NCBI GenBank assembly: GCA_963815115.1
Contig: CAWFFN010000009.1
Location: 1,056,001 to 1,120,000 of the forward strand
DNA length: 64,000 nucleotides
Reading direction: 5' to 3'
From: an uncultured delta proteobacterium
GTDB lineage: Bacteria > Desulfobacterota > Binatia > DP-6
Shown: positions 30,043 through 38,980 of the stretch, one piece after another
How positions within the stretch are numbered: position 1 is the stretch's first letter
Layout of the letters: every line of letters starts with the position of its first letter
Notes under the pieces: model-generated
Told to the model about the DNA's origin: nothing
Database searches by the model: none
What the model saw: the letters and a program-made list of their open reading frames with translations, nothing else
Program-made: the position numbers and the translations under genes

Positions 30043-30820
30043 AGGCGACACGGTCTTCCTCGCCGCCACGCGACTTCACGCGGCGCTCGCCGGGCAGACG
30101 CTCCGCCGGACCGACTTCCGCGTGCCGCACATCGCGACGGTCGACCTCGCGGGACGCGCCGTCGAGAGCGTCAGGTCCCACGGCAAACATCTCCTCTTCC
30201 GCATCGCAGGCGGCGTCACGCTGCATACGCACTTCAAGATGAGCGGATCGTGGCACCTGTACCGGCCGGGCGAGCGCTGGCGGGGACCGGGGTGGCAGGT
30301 GCGTGTCCTGCTCGAGACCGAGCCCTGGGTCGCGGTCGGTTTCCGGCTCGCCGTCGTCGAGCTGCTCCACACCGCACGCGAGCACGAGGTCCTGGGACAT
30401 CTCGGTCCCGATCCGCTGAGCCCGGCGTGGGATGCCGCCGAGGCGCTGCGCCGGCTCACCGCCACGCCGGAGCGGCCGATCGGCGACGCGCTCCTCGATC
30501 AGCGCGTGATCGCCGGTCCCGGGAACATCTGGAAGAGCGAGCTGTGCTTCCTGCGCGGCGTCGATCCGTCGACGCCCGTCGGCCGTGTCTCGCGGCCGGA
30601 GCGGCTCGTCACGCTCGTGAAGGAGCTGTTCGAGGCGAACCGGACGACGGGGAGCCAGATCACGACCGGCGACCTGCGACCGGGGCACACGCAGTGGGTC
30701 TATACACGCGGAGGGCGTCCCTGCCGCCGCTGCGGCACGATCATCCGCATGCGCGGGCCGCGCGAGCCGGAACGGGTCACCTACTGGTGCCCCTCCTGCC
30801 AGCCGCCGGCATCGTCCTGA
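30035..30820 (+). CDS. nei: Fpg/Nei family DNA glycosylase/AP lyase
   Basis: N-terminal PEGD, GKHL, HLGPD, LLDQRVIAGPGN, zinc finger CRRC..CPSCQ; overlaps lhr end. Confidence 0.92.
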   Translation: MPEGDTVFLAATRLHAALAGQTLRRTDFRVPHIATVDLAGRAVESVRSHGKHLLFRIAGGVTLHTHFKMSGSWHLYRPGERWRGPGWQVRVLLETEPWVAVGFRLAVVELLHTAREHEVLGHLGPDPLSPAWDAAEALRRLTATPERPIGDALLDQRVIAGPGNIWKSELCFLRGVDPSTPVGRVSRPERLVTLVKELFEANRTTGSQITTGDLRPGHTQWVYTRGGRPCRRCGTIIRMRGPREPERVTYWCPSCQPPASS

Positions 30821-30874
30821 CAACGCCGTCCTCACTCCTGGCACCGGAGCCGCCGGCACGCTATCCCCTCTGCG

Positions 30875-32197
30875 GTGAGCCGCCCGGTGCCCTGGGGGAT
30901 GACCCGCTACCAGTGGATCGTCTTCTTCGCCGCCTGGCTCGGCTGGGGGTTCGACGTCTTCGACGGATTGCTGTTCAACTTCGTCGCTCCGGTGGCCGTG
31001 CCCCGCCTGCTCGGCCTGGCGGCAGGCGATCCCGGAGGAGCCGCCCGCGTGACCGCCGTCACCGGCATCGTCACCTCGGTCCTTCTGGTCGGATGGGCGA
31101 CGGGAGGCGTGCTCTTCGGCCGCATCACCGATCGCCTCGGCCGCGCGCGCACCCTCCAGCTCACCATCATGGTCTATGCCGGCGCCACCGCGGCCTGCGC
31201 GCTGGCGCCCGACATCTGGACGCTCGCCGGCCTCCGCTTCATCGCCAGCCTCGGCATCGGGGGCGAGTGGGCCGCGGGCGCCTCGCTGGTCGCCGAGGTC
31301 GTGCCGCCCGCACGCCGCGTCGCCGCGGGCGCGTTGCTCTACACCAGCGCGCCGGTGGGCATCCTGCTCGCCGGGTTCGTCACCGACCTGCTGACGAAGC
31401 GCATCGACGTGCTCGCGGCGCAGCCCGATCTCGCCTGGCGGCTCGTCTTCCTGACCGGCCTGGTGCCGGCGGCGTTCGCGATGTGGATCCGCCGCCGCGT
31501 CGAGGAGCCGGAGATCTGGCGGCAGGAGCGCAGCGAGCATCCGCGCCTGCGCGAGCTGTTCGCACCCGGCCTGCGGCGTGCGACGCTGGGCGGTCTCGCC
31601 ATGTGCCTGGTCACCCTGGTCACGTGGTGGGCGACGAATGCCTTCCTGCCCTTCATCGCCGAGCATCTCGCCGGTCGTGACGCGGGCAGCGACGCGGTCG
31701 CCTGGCACCGGTGGATGGCGACGGTGCTCTTCACCACCGGGGGCTTCCTCGGGACGGTCGCCACCATCCCGCTTGCCCGCCTCGGTCGGCGTCCGCTGTT
31801 CGCGATCTACCTGGCGGGCGCCGCGCTCTCCATCTGGGTGACGTTCGGGATGGCGTGGGATCCCTGGACGCGCACGCTGCTGCTCTTCCTCGATGGGCTC
31901 ACCGTGTTCGGCGTGGTCGGCGCGTTCAGCTTCTACCTGCCAGAGCTCTTCCCCACCCGGCTGCGCGGCACGGGCAGCGGGTTCTGCTTCAACACCGGAC
32001 GCTATCTCGCCGCCGTGGGGCCGTTCGCCGTCGGCTCGGCGCTGGGCGCGGCGGCGACGCCGATGGACGCCATCCGCTGGGTGGCGCTGGTGCCGCTGGC
32101 GGGCCTGCTGCTCGTGCCGTTCATCGTCGAGACGGCACCGCTGCGTGCCGGCGCATGGCGCGCCGGATCGGCGGCGTCGCGCGTGCGCGAATCCTGA
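30875..32197 (+). CDS. MFS transporter
   Basis: LGWGFDVFD, GRITDRLGRARTL, GIGGEWAAG, PELFPTRLRGTG. Confidence 0.92.
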   Translation: MSRPVPWGMTRYQWIVFFAAWLGWGFDVFDGLLFNFVAPVAVPRLLGLAAGDPGGAARVTAVTGIVTSVLLVGWATGGVLFGRITDRLGRARTLQLTIMVYAGATAACALAPDIWTLAGLRFIASLGIGGEWAAGASLVAEVVPPARRVAAGALLYTSAPVGILLAGFVTDLLTKRIDVLAAQPDLAWRLVFLTGLVPAAFAMWIRRRVEEPEIWRQERSEHPRLRELFAPGLRRATLGGLAMCLVTLVTWWATNAFLPFIAEHLAGRDAGSDAVAWHRWMATVLFTTGGFLGTVATIPLARLGRRPLFAIYLAGAALSIWVTFGMAWDPWTRTLLLFLDGLTVFGVVGAFSFYLPELFPTRLRGTGSGFCFNTGRYLAAVGPFAVGSALGAAATPMDAIRWVALVPLAGLLLVPFIVETAPLRAGAWRAGSAASRVRES

Positions 32198-32324
32198 GCG
32201 ATTCTCCGTTGCGGGCGGCACCCACCACTTCGCCGTCGGCACCTGCGGACCGGACATGCAGTGTCATCCCGGATGACGCCCGCCGCGTGACACCCCGCGC
32301 CGCGACCGTCTAGGATGGCCGCCG

Positions 32325-33545
32325 ATGACGGCCGCCTCCGGTCCCCTCCTCGGTCTCCGCGTCCTCGACCTCGGCACGCGCATCGGTGCGCCCTTCGCGG
32401 CGACGCTGCTGGCCGACCTCGGCGCCGACGTCATCAAGATCGAGCTGCCCGGCCAGGGCGACTTCATGCGCACGATCGGGCCGTTCGAGGACGGCTACTC
32501 GCTGTTCTGGGCCGTCGAGGGACGCGGCAAACGCTCGGTGACGCTGGATCTGCGCAAACCGGCCGGGCAAGCTCTCCTGAAGCGCCTCGTCCCGCTCGCC
32601 GACGTCGTCATCGAGAACTTCCAGCCCGGCACGCTCGAGTCGTGGGGGCTCGGCTACGACGTCCTCTCGGCGCTCAACCCGGGTCTGATCCTCACCCGCG
32701 TCTCGGTGTACGGGCAGGACGGCCCGTACCGCGACCGCCCCGGGCTCGATCGCAACGGCATCGCCGCGGGCGGCCTCATGTACATCACCGGCTATCCCGA
32801 TCGCCCGCCGGTGCGGCCGGGCGTCATCGTGTCGGACTACCTGACCGGCGTGTTCAACGCGTTCTCCATCCTGAGCGCGCTCTACGAGCGCGACCGGCGC
32901 GCGCGCGAGACCGGCGAGCCGCCGCGCGGCCAGTGGGTCGACCTTTCGCTCTACGAGTCGATCCTGCGCATCATGGAGCACACGCTCGCCGCCTACGATC
33001 GGCTCGGCGTCGTCCGCGAGCGCGAGGGCAACCGGCTGCGCAACTCCGCCCCGCTCGACAACTGGGAGACCAGCGACGGCAAGTACGTCTGCATCATCGC
33101 CGCCGGTGACGGGCTCTTCCCGCGCCTCTGCCGCGCGATGGGCCGCGAGGACCTGCTCCAGGAGCCGCGCTTCCGCACCATGGCGCTGCGCGCCGAGCAC
33201 GGCGACGAGATCAACGGCATCGTCGCCGCCTGGGTGAAGGCGCGCACGGCGCGCGAGCTGCAGGACGTGCTCGAGCGCCACGAGGTACCCTTCGGCGTCG
33301 CCTACTCCGTCGCCGACATCTTCGTCGATCCGCACATCGCCGCGCGCGGCGACATCGAGACGGTGGACGATCCGGTGCTCGGTCCCGTGCGGATGCAGGG
33401 CGTCTATCCGCGCTTCTCGCGGACCCCGGGGGCGATCCGGCGCGGCGCGCCGCGGCTCGGCGAGCACAACGAGGAGGTGTACTGCGGGCTCCTCGGACTG
33501 ACCGCCGAGGAGCTCGCGGGCATGCGGCGCGACGGGGTCGTCTGA
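32325..33545 (+). CDS. CaiB/BaiF family III CoA-transferase
   Basis: LRVLDL, LADLGADVIKIE, GKRSVTLDL, ENFQPG, YGQDGPY, APRLGEHN. Confidence 0.93.
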   Translation: MTAASGPLLGLRVLDLGTRIGAPFAATLLADLGADVIKIELPGQGDFMRTIGPFEDGYSLFWAVEGRGKRSVTLDLRKPAGQALLKRLVPLADVVIENFQPGTLESWGLGYDVLSALNPGLILTRVSVYGQDGPYRDRPGLDRNGIAAGGLMYITGYPDRPPVRPGVIVSDYLTGVFNAFSILSALYERDRRARETGEPPRGQWVDLSLYESILRIMEHTLAAYDRLGVVREREGNRLRNSAPLDNWETSDGKYVCIIAAGDGLFPRLCRAMGREDLLQEPRFRTMALRAEHGDEINGIVAAWVKARTARELQDVLERHEVPFGVAYSVADIFVDPHIAARGDIETVDDPVLGPVRMQGVYPRFSRTPGAIRRGAPRLGEHNEEVYCGLLGLTAEELAGMRRDGVV

Positions 33546-33598
33546 GCGCGGCGCCGCCGGCTTGACCCCGCAGCGCGCGTCCCGTACGCGGATCCCGC

Positions 33599-34006
33599 AT
33601 GCCGCAGCTCCTGCTGTGCACCCTGTGCGACGACGTTCGCTTCGAGCTCGGCAACAAGCACACGCTCGTCGGCCTGTTCGACACCTTCAACGTCGCAGAC
33701 TTCGCGCAGCCGCTGGCGCCCTTCCGGGTCTTCGCTCGGTTCGCCCTGGACGCGCCAGGGACACACGAGATCAAGCTGCAGATCAGCAGCGCCGAGGAAG
33801 ACTTTCGGGTCGAGGTCACGGGCAGGCTGGAGGCGCGCGCGCCGAGCGAGGTGAGCGGGCGGTTCGAGAGCATCTTCGCCGCGACCCTGGCGGCGCTCCG
33901 GCTGCCCCGGCCTGGACGCTACGAGGTCCGGCTGACGGTCGGCGGCCACGACGTCGGGGGCTGCGCCTTCCTCGCGCTCGGGGTCGCCAAGCAGACGCTG
34001 CAGTGA
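33599..34006 (+). CDS. Hypothetical beta-rich protein (DUF6941-like)
   Basis: LCDDVRFE.GNK..LVGLFD, PGRYEVRL; promoter-like TTGACC-N17-TACGCG upstream. Confidence 0.6.
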   Translation: MPQLLLCTLCDDVRFELGNKHTLVGLFDTFNVADFAQPLAPFRVFARFALDAPGTHEIKLQISSAEEDFRVEVTGRLEARAPSEVSGRFESIFAATLAALRLPRPGRYEVRLTVGGHDVGGCAFLALGVAKQTLQ

Positions 34007-34017
34007 CGGGAGGCCAC

Positions 34018-34821
34018 ATGTCCACGGTTCGCACGGAGCGCGATGGCGCGGTCACGATCGTCACCATCGACCGGCCGGCGGTGCGGAACGCCGTCGACCG
34101 CCCGACCGCCGCGGCGCTGGCGGAGGCATTCCGGCGCTTCGAGGCCGACGAGGCCTCGGCCGTCGCGGTGCTCACCGGCGCTGGTGGAACGTTCTGCGCG
34201 GGCGCGGATCTGAAGGCCGTGGCGCAGGCGCGCGAGGAGCTGCGGACCGAGGCGAGCGCCCGCGCGAACCAGGTGGTGGAAGACGGCGACGGTCCGATGG
34301 GACCGACGCGCATGCTGCTCTCCAAGCCGGTGATCGCGGCCGTCGAGGGGCACGCGGTCGCGGGCGGGCTCGAGCTGGCGGTGTGGTGCGACCTGCGGGT
34401 CGCCGCGCGCGACGCGGTCTTCGGCGTCTACTGCCGGCGCTGGGGCGTGCCGCTGGTCGACGGCGGCACGATTCGCCTCGTTCGTCTCCTCGGTCACAGC
34501 CACGCCCTCGACCTGATCCTCACCGGCCGCGGGGTGTCGGGAGAGGAAGCGCAGCGCATGGGCCTCGCGAATCGCCTCGTCGAGCCGGGGAGGGCGCTGG
34601 CCGAGGCCGTGCAGCTGGCGCATGAGCTGGAGCGCTTCCCGCAAGGGTGCCTGCGGAGCGACCGGCTGTCGTCGTACGAGCAGTGGGCGCTCGACCTGCC
34701 GGCCGCGCTGCGCAACGAGACCCGGCACGGCCTCCAGGTCATGGCGTCCGGCGAGACGGGCGCCGGCGCGGCGCGCTTCGCGGCGGGTGCCGGCCGGCAC
34801 GGCCGCTTCGACGAGCTCTGA
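34018..34821 (+). CDS. Enoyl-CoA hydratase/crotonase
   Basis: RNAVD, FCAGADLK, KPVIAAVEGHAVAGGLEL, CRRWGVPLVDGGT. Confidence 0.93.
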   Translation: MSTVRTERDGAVTIVTIDRPAVRNAVDRPTAAALAEAFRRFEADEASAVAVLTGAGGTFCAGADLKAVAQAREELRTEASARANQVVEDGDGPMGPTRMLLSKPVIAAVEGHAVAGGLELAVWCDLRVAARDAVFGVYCRRWGVPLVDGGTIRLVRLLGHSHALDLILTGRGVSGEEAQRMGLANRLVEPGRALAEAVQLAHELERFPQGCLRSDRLSSYEQWALDLPAALRNETRHGLQVMASGETGAGAARFAAGAGRHGRFDEL

Positions 34822-34859
34822 ACGGCGCGACGACCACGAGGCGGCGCGCAGCCGCCGCC

Positions 34860-37793
34860 TCAGGGCCTGGCCAGCGTCGCGAGCAACCGCGCCGCGCGGT
34901 CCCGCGCGTCGCGGAGCTCCCCCTTGAGAGCCCCGGCGCAATCGGCCGAGAGGGCTCTCCGCCGGACGCTCGTGACGGCGTGGATCGACCCCGTCAGGGT
35001 CTGGACCGCTCTCCGGAGGCGCCGGACGACGAGCGGGCGACGAGCCGTGCCGGCGGCGGCGAAGAGGCCGCAGGCCCGCTGCCGGCGCCCACCGATCGAG
35101 GCGGGGAGCTCCTGACCCGCGCACGCTGCGGGGATGTTCCGGCCACACGTGCAGGTCACGCTGGCGAGACCCGACGCCGGCGTCGAGACGCACCCCACGC
35201 CCGCTACGCACGCGTCATCGGTGCACGGATCGCCGTCGTCGCAGGCCGACGCGTCGCAGGACGCGCCCGGCGGGGGCGGCGGTGGAGGCGGCGGCGGGAT
35301 CGAGCCGTCGATCCTGATCGGCTGGCTCCGGGCGATCGGGACCGCCAGGTGCCACTCGGGGTCCGGGCTCAGCAGCCGGAGCTCGTACCAGCCGGCCGGC
35401 AGGTCGGCCGGCACCAGGAGCGGCAGCCGGCCGGCGGCGGCATCCGGCGTCGGCCAGTAGATGAACGGGTCGTCGAACTCGGCGTCCTCGGAGCCGAGCG
35501 TGAACAGGCGGAGGTAGTCGCTCGACGTGGGCGTCGGGTTGCCGGCCCAGGTGGCGGTCAACGTCCCGCCTGCCGCGACGGCGCTCGTGTCGACGGTGAG
35601 GTTGACGGCGGGCGTCACGCCGGGGCCGCCTGCGCTGATCTTCGCGAGGAAGCCGTCGCCGCACGGGCCCCCGAAGTAGTCGCAAACGCCGCCGCCGAGC
35701 TTCGGCTGGAAGGCATCCGGAGTCGTCGGCAGGTCGAACGACAGGGTGTAGCCAGCGACGTACGCATCTCCGGCTTCATCGAGCACGATGTCCGTTCCCG
35801 TGTCGGAGCCGGTCGAGGGGCTGCCGCTGCCGGATCGACTGCCGCCGAGATACGACGAGTAGACGAGCCGGGTGGCGTCCGGATTCAGCTTGACCACGAA
35901 CGCGTCGTCGAGATCGCGTTTGCTCGACTGGAACGCGTCGAGGATCGGGAAGAGCAGCGAGATCGTCTGGCCCACGACGTACGCGTTGCCCGCGCCGTCG
36001 ACCGCGATCGCGTTGGCGGCGTCGTCGAGCTCGCCGTAGAGATACGTCGAGTAGACGAGCGCGGACCCGCTCGGAGCGATCTTCGTGACGAAGGCGTCGC
36101 TGCACCCCTCGATGCAGTGCCGCCTTCCCGCTTTCTCCTGGATCACGCCGGGCGTGGTCGGGAAGTCCGTCGAGTCCGTCTCGCCGGTCACGTACACGTC
36201 CCCCTCGGCGTCGAGCGCGATGTCGTTGATCACGGCGCTCCCCGAGCCGCCGAGGTACGTCGAGTAGAGGAGCTGCGAGCCGTCCGGGCTCAGCTTCGAA
36301 ACGAATCCGCTGAGACCGATGACGCCGCCGCCGCGCGACAGCTCGATCGGGTCGACGAGCGGGAAATCGCTCGACGCCGTGGTTCCCGCGACGTACGCGT
36401 TTCCGGCCGCGTCGATCGCGATGCTCGAGGGCGAATCGTCTCCCTGGCCGCAGAGCAGCGTCGAGTAGAGGAGCGTCCCACCGTCGACGCTCAGCTTGGC
36501 GACGAATGCGTCGCCCGCGAAGGGGTAGACGTTGGGGCAGGCCGCGGTGCGGAATGCCCCGGACGTGGTCGGGAAGTCCGACGTGATCGCGGCCCCGGTC
36601 ACGTACGCGTGTTCCTCCGCATCCACCGCGATCCCGGTTCCGTACGACGAGTCGACCAGGCTGCCGCCGAGGCGCGTCGCGTAGGCGAGACTGCCCTTCG
36701 CATCGAGCTTCGCGACCAGCGCGCCGGGGGTGGAGACGCAGGTGCCTCCGCCGTTCACCTCGCCGGTGACGTAGGCGTTCCCGGCGCCGTCGACCGCGAT
36801 GTCGCGCGCGTAGTCCTCGCACGGGCCGCCGAGATACGTCGAGTAGACGACGGCTCCCCCGGGCGAGAGCTTCGTCACGAAGAGGTCCGCGCTCCCGTCG
36901 AGCATGCGGTAGGCACCGGCCGTCGTCGGGAAGTCCATCGAGCGCGTCGTGCCGGTCAGATAGACGTTCCCGGCACCGTCGCGTGCGATGTGAACCTCGC
37001 CGGTGAGGGCCACCTGGGCCTCGTCGCCGGTGCCGCCGAGATACGTCGCATAGGTGATGACCGGGTCGATGACGAGGCGCCGTGATCGGTCGTATGCCCC
37101 GAGCCGGAGCCGGACCTGGCCCTCGGCGTCGAGCGCGTAGTCGGCGGCCACCGGCCGGCGGACGCCGCCGATCCGCTGGTACGCGACCGGCCGCGGTTGC
37201 CGGATGTCGCCGGCGGCCGTGTGCACGACGAGCGTCCCCTCGCCGTCCACCTCGACGCGCTCGGCGCCGTCTATGTGGAGACCGATCTGGCTCGGGTCGA
37301 CGCCGGGTGCGACGACGAAGTCGTACTCCAGGCTGCGGGCGCGCGAGTAGTAGACGAGGTCGATACCGGGGTAGACGTCGTCGTATCGGACGCGGCGGTA
37401 CGCCGGCGCGCTGACGGGCGAGTCGACGCGCCCATCGGGAAAGTAGCTGACGACGCCGGGAAGCGGACCGCTTCCCGCCGCCTGCGCCCCGGCGTTCGCG
37501 CCGATCCGCTCCATGCGGAGGACGGCGTGGCCGCCGCGACGGTCACCGAGCGCCAGGACGGCCTCGGTCGAAGTCAGGAACGCGGTGTAGGCTGCACCCC
37601 GCACCACGAACTGCACGTGCTCGTCGACCTGGCCGCAGTTGGCTTCGAAGCCGATCCGGCGCCCGGCGGCGGCGGGGGCCGAGGGCAGGGCCGCCCTCGG
37701 CTCCGCCGCCATCGACGCGCCGGAGAGCTGGAGCACGAGACTTGCGATGGCGGCGAGACTCGCCACGTATCGGGAACACACAGAAGTCTCCAT
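34860..37793 (-). CDS. Secreted SBBP-repeat protein with Ig-like segment, poly-Pro linker, Cys-rich motif and basic helical C-terminus
   Basis: Signal peptide; FEANCGQ, YPGIDLVYY, repeated YSTYLGG..IAVDGAGNAYV; PPPPPPPPP; CDDGDPCTDDAC. Confidence 0.88.
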   Translation of the reverse strand: METSVCSRYVASLAAIASLVLQLSGASMAAEPRAALPSAPAAAGRRIGFEANCGQVDEHVQFVVRGAAYTAFLTSTEAVLALGDRRGGHAVLRMERIGANAGAQAAGSGPLPGVVSYFPDGRVDSPVSAPAYRRVRYDDVYPGIDLVYYSRARSLEYDFVVAPGVDPSQIGLHIDGAERVEVDGEGTLVVHTAAGDIRQPRPVAYQRIGGVRRPVAADYALDAEGQVRLRLGAYDRSRRLVIDPVITYATYLGGTGDEAQVALTGEVHIARDGAGNVYLTGTTRSMDFPTTAGAYRMLDGSADLFVTKLSPGGAVVYSTYLGGPCEDYARDIAVDGAGNAYVTGEVNGGGTCVSTPGALVAKLDAKGSLAYATRLGGSLVDSSYGTGIAVDAEEHAYVTGAAITSDFPTTSGAFRTAACPNVYPFAGDAFVAKLSVDGGTLLYSTLLCGQGDDSPSSIAIDAAGNAYVAGTTASSDFPLVDPIELSRGGGVIGLSGFVSKLSPDGSQLLYSTYLGGSGSAVINDIALDAEGDVYVTGETDSTDFPTTPGVIQEKAGRRHCIEGCSDAFVTKIAPSGSALVYSTYLYGELDDAANAIAVDGAGNAYVVGQTISLLFPILDAFQSSKRDLDDAFVVKLNPDATRLVYSSYLGGSRSGSGSPSTGSDTGTDIVLDEAGDAYVAGYTLSFDLPTTPDAFQPKLGGGVCDYFGGPCGDGFLAKISAGGPGVTPAVNLTVDTSAVAAGGTLTATWAGNPTPTSSDYLRLFTLGSEDAEFDDPFIYWPTPDAAAGRLPLLVPADLPAGWYELRLLSPDPEWHLAVPIARSQPIRIDGSIPPPPPPPPPPGASCDASACDDGDPCTDDACVAGVGCVSTPASGLASVTCTCGRNIPAACAGQELPASIGGRRQRACGLFAAAGTARRPLVVRRLRRAVQTLTGSIHAVTSVRRRALSADCAGALKGELRDARDRAARLLATLARP

Positions 37794-37816
37794 GACAGCC
37801 TCGCCGCCCCGCGTTC

Positions 37817-38827
37817 TCACTCGGGGCACTGCGAGCCCGGAGGTACGCACGGATAGCCGGCCCAGATGCCGCAGACCGTGTAGTCGACCGGGCAGCAGTA
37901 TGCGTCCAGGTTGGCGGCGCATTTCGTCCCCTCTCCACAGCCCGTCGCTTCGCGCTCCCCGACGCAGCACTTCGTCCCTTGCAGGGCGCAGTAGGTGTTG
38001 GCGCCGATCGTGCCACACGAGTGCCACTGGGGGGCGGGACAGGCGCTGCCGATGCAGAGGCCGTTCTGGCAAGTGTCGCCGCCGAGACACTCGTTGCCGC
38101 AGGACCCGCAGTTGTTCGAGTCGGTCAAGGTGTCGACGCAGGCGCCGTCGCAGACGGTGTCCTTGTCGATGTCAATCAGGACGCAGACGTTGTTCACCCG
38201 CTGGTGGCAGGCGTCGCATGGCGGCTGACACTGTCCGCCGACGCAGTCCTGGCCCGCCGGGCAGACGTTGCCGCAGGCGCCACAGTTGTTCCGGTCACCG
38301 AACCCGTCGATGCACTGCCCGTCGCAGGAGAGCTGCGACGGGTCTGAACATCCGCACCTGCCGAGGAAGCACGACTCGCCGTCGGCGCAGGGGGTCCCGC
38401 AGGCGCCGCAGTTCGCATCGTCGAAGAGCAGATCTTTGCACGTGCCCCCGCAGTCGGTTTCCTCGTTCGGGCAGGTACACGCGCGGTTCTGGCACGACTT
38501 CCCGCCGGTGCAGGCGATGCCACAGCCGCCGCAGTTGTTGTTGTCCTCCAGGAGATTGGCGCACGTCTGGCCATCGCAACAGGCCTGGTTGGAAAATTCG
38601 CAGCACTCGCTGCCGCAGGCGACGTCGCCATCCATCGTGTCGCAGCACCGACCGGCGTCGTTGCAGATTCCGGTCCCGTGGTCGCAGGACTTGCCGGCGT
38701 GGCACTTCTTCGGGGGCCGTGGGGGCCGCGGAGGCCGATGGTTCCGCGCCTCCGCCTGGGAGAGATCAAGCAGCACCCACACCGTGAACAGGATCGCGAT
38801 CAACCGAAAGACACGTCGTCGATTCAT
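37817..38827 (-). CDS. Secreted Cys-rich repeat protein (Stig1/myxobacterial Cys-rich-like)
   Basis: Signal peptide ending AEA; four DxxNCGxCGxxCxxGxxCxxxxC repeats. Confidence 0.82.
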   Translation of the reverse strand: MNRRRVFRLIAILFTVWVLLDLSQAEARNHRPPRPPRPPKKCHAGKSCDHGTGICNDAGRCCDTMDGDVACGSECCEFSNQACCDGQTCANLLEDNNNCGGCGIACTGGKSCQNRACTCPNEETDCGGTCKDLLFDDANCGACGTPCADGESCFLGRCGCSDPSQLSCDGQCIDGFGDRNNCGACGNVCPAGQDCVGGQCQPPCDACHQRVNNVCVLIDIDKDTVCDGACVDTLTDSNNCGSCGNECLGGDTCQNGLCIGSACPAPQWHSCGTIGANTYCALQGTKCCVGEREATGCGEGTKCAANLDAYCCPVDYTVCGIWAGYPCVPPGSQCPE

Positions 38828-38954
38828 GGCTCGTTCCTTTCCGTGGTTGGTCACCGCACGGCGGGGGGCACCTGCTGTCCCACGAGGGCGGTGAGCTGCT
38901 GGAGCGCGTTCCTCCTGAAGAGGAGACGTGAAACGCGATCTTACGGTGTGAAAA
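38823..38954 (-). repeat. Conserved ~130-bp upstream/leader element, copy A
   Basis: Aligns with 41073-41208 in blocks: TTCATGGCTCG.TCCTTT.CGTGGTTG, GCACCTGC, CCCACGAGGGC, TGAGCTGCTGG, GTTCCTCCTGAA.AGGAGACGTGAA, GATCTTACG.TGTGAAAA. Confidence 0.9.
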
Positions 38955-38980
38955 GTTCGAGGGGGGCCGGGAGCCGGCAG

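Noticed and set aside
3238-30242. Very long alternative-frame or antisense ORFs (e.g. 3238-6486, 5831-9463, 25870-30069, 26832-30242)
   Set aside because: Arg/Ala/Gly/Pro-rich shadows of real genes, expected at this GC content; no motifs
35268-35298. GGC/GGN run as a phase-variable repeat
   Set aside because: Encodes a poly-Pro linker with mixed codons; in frame
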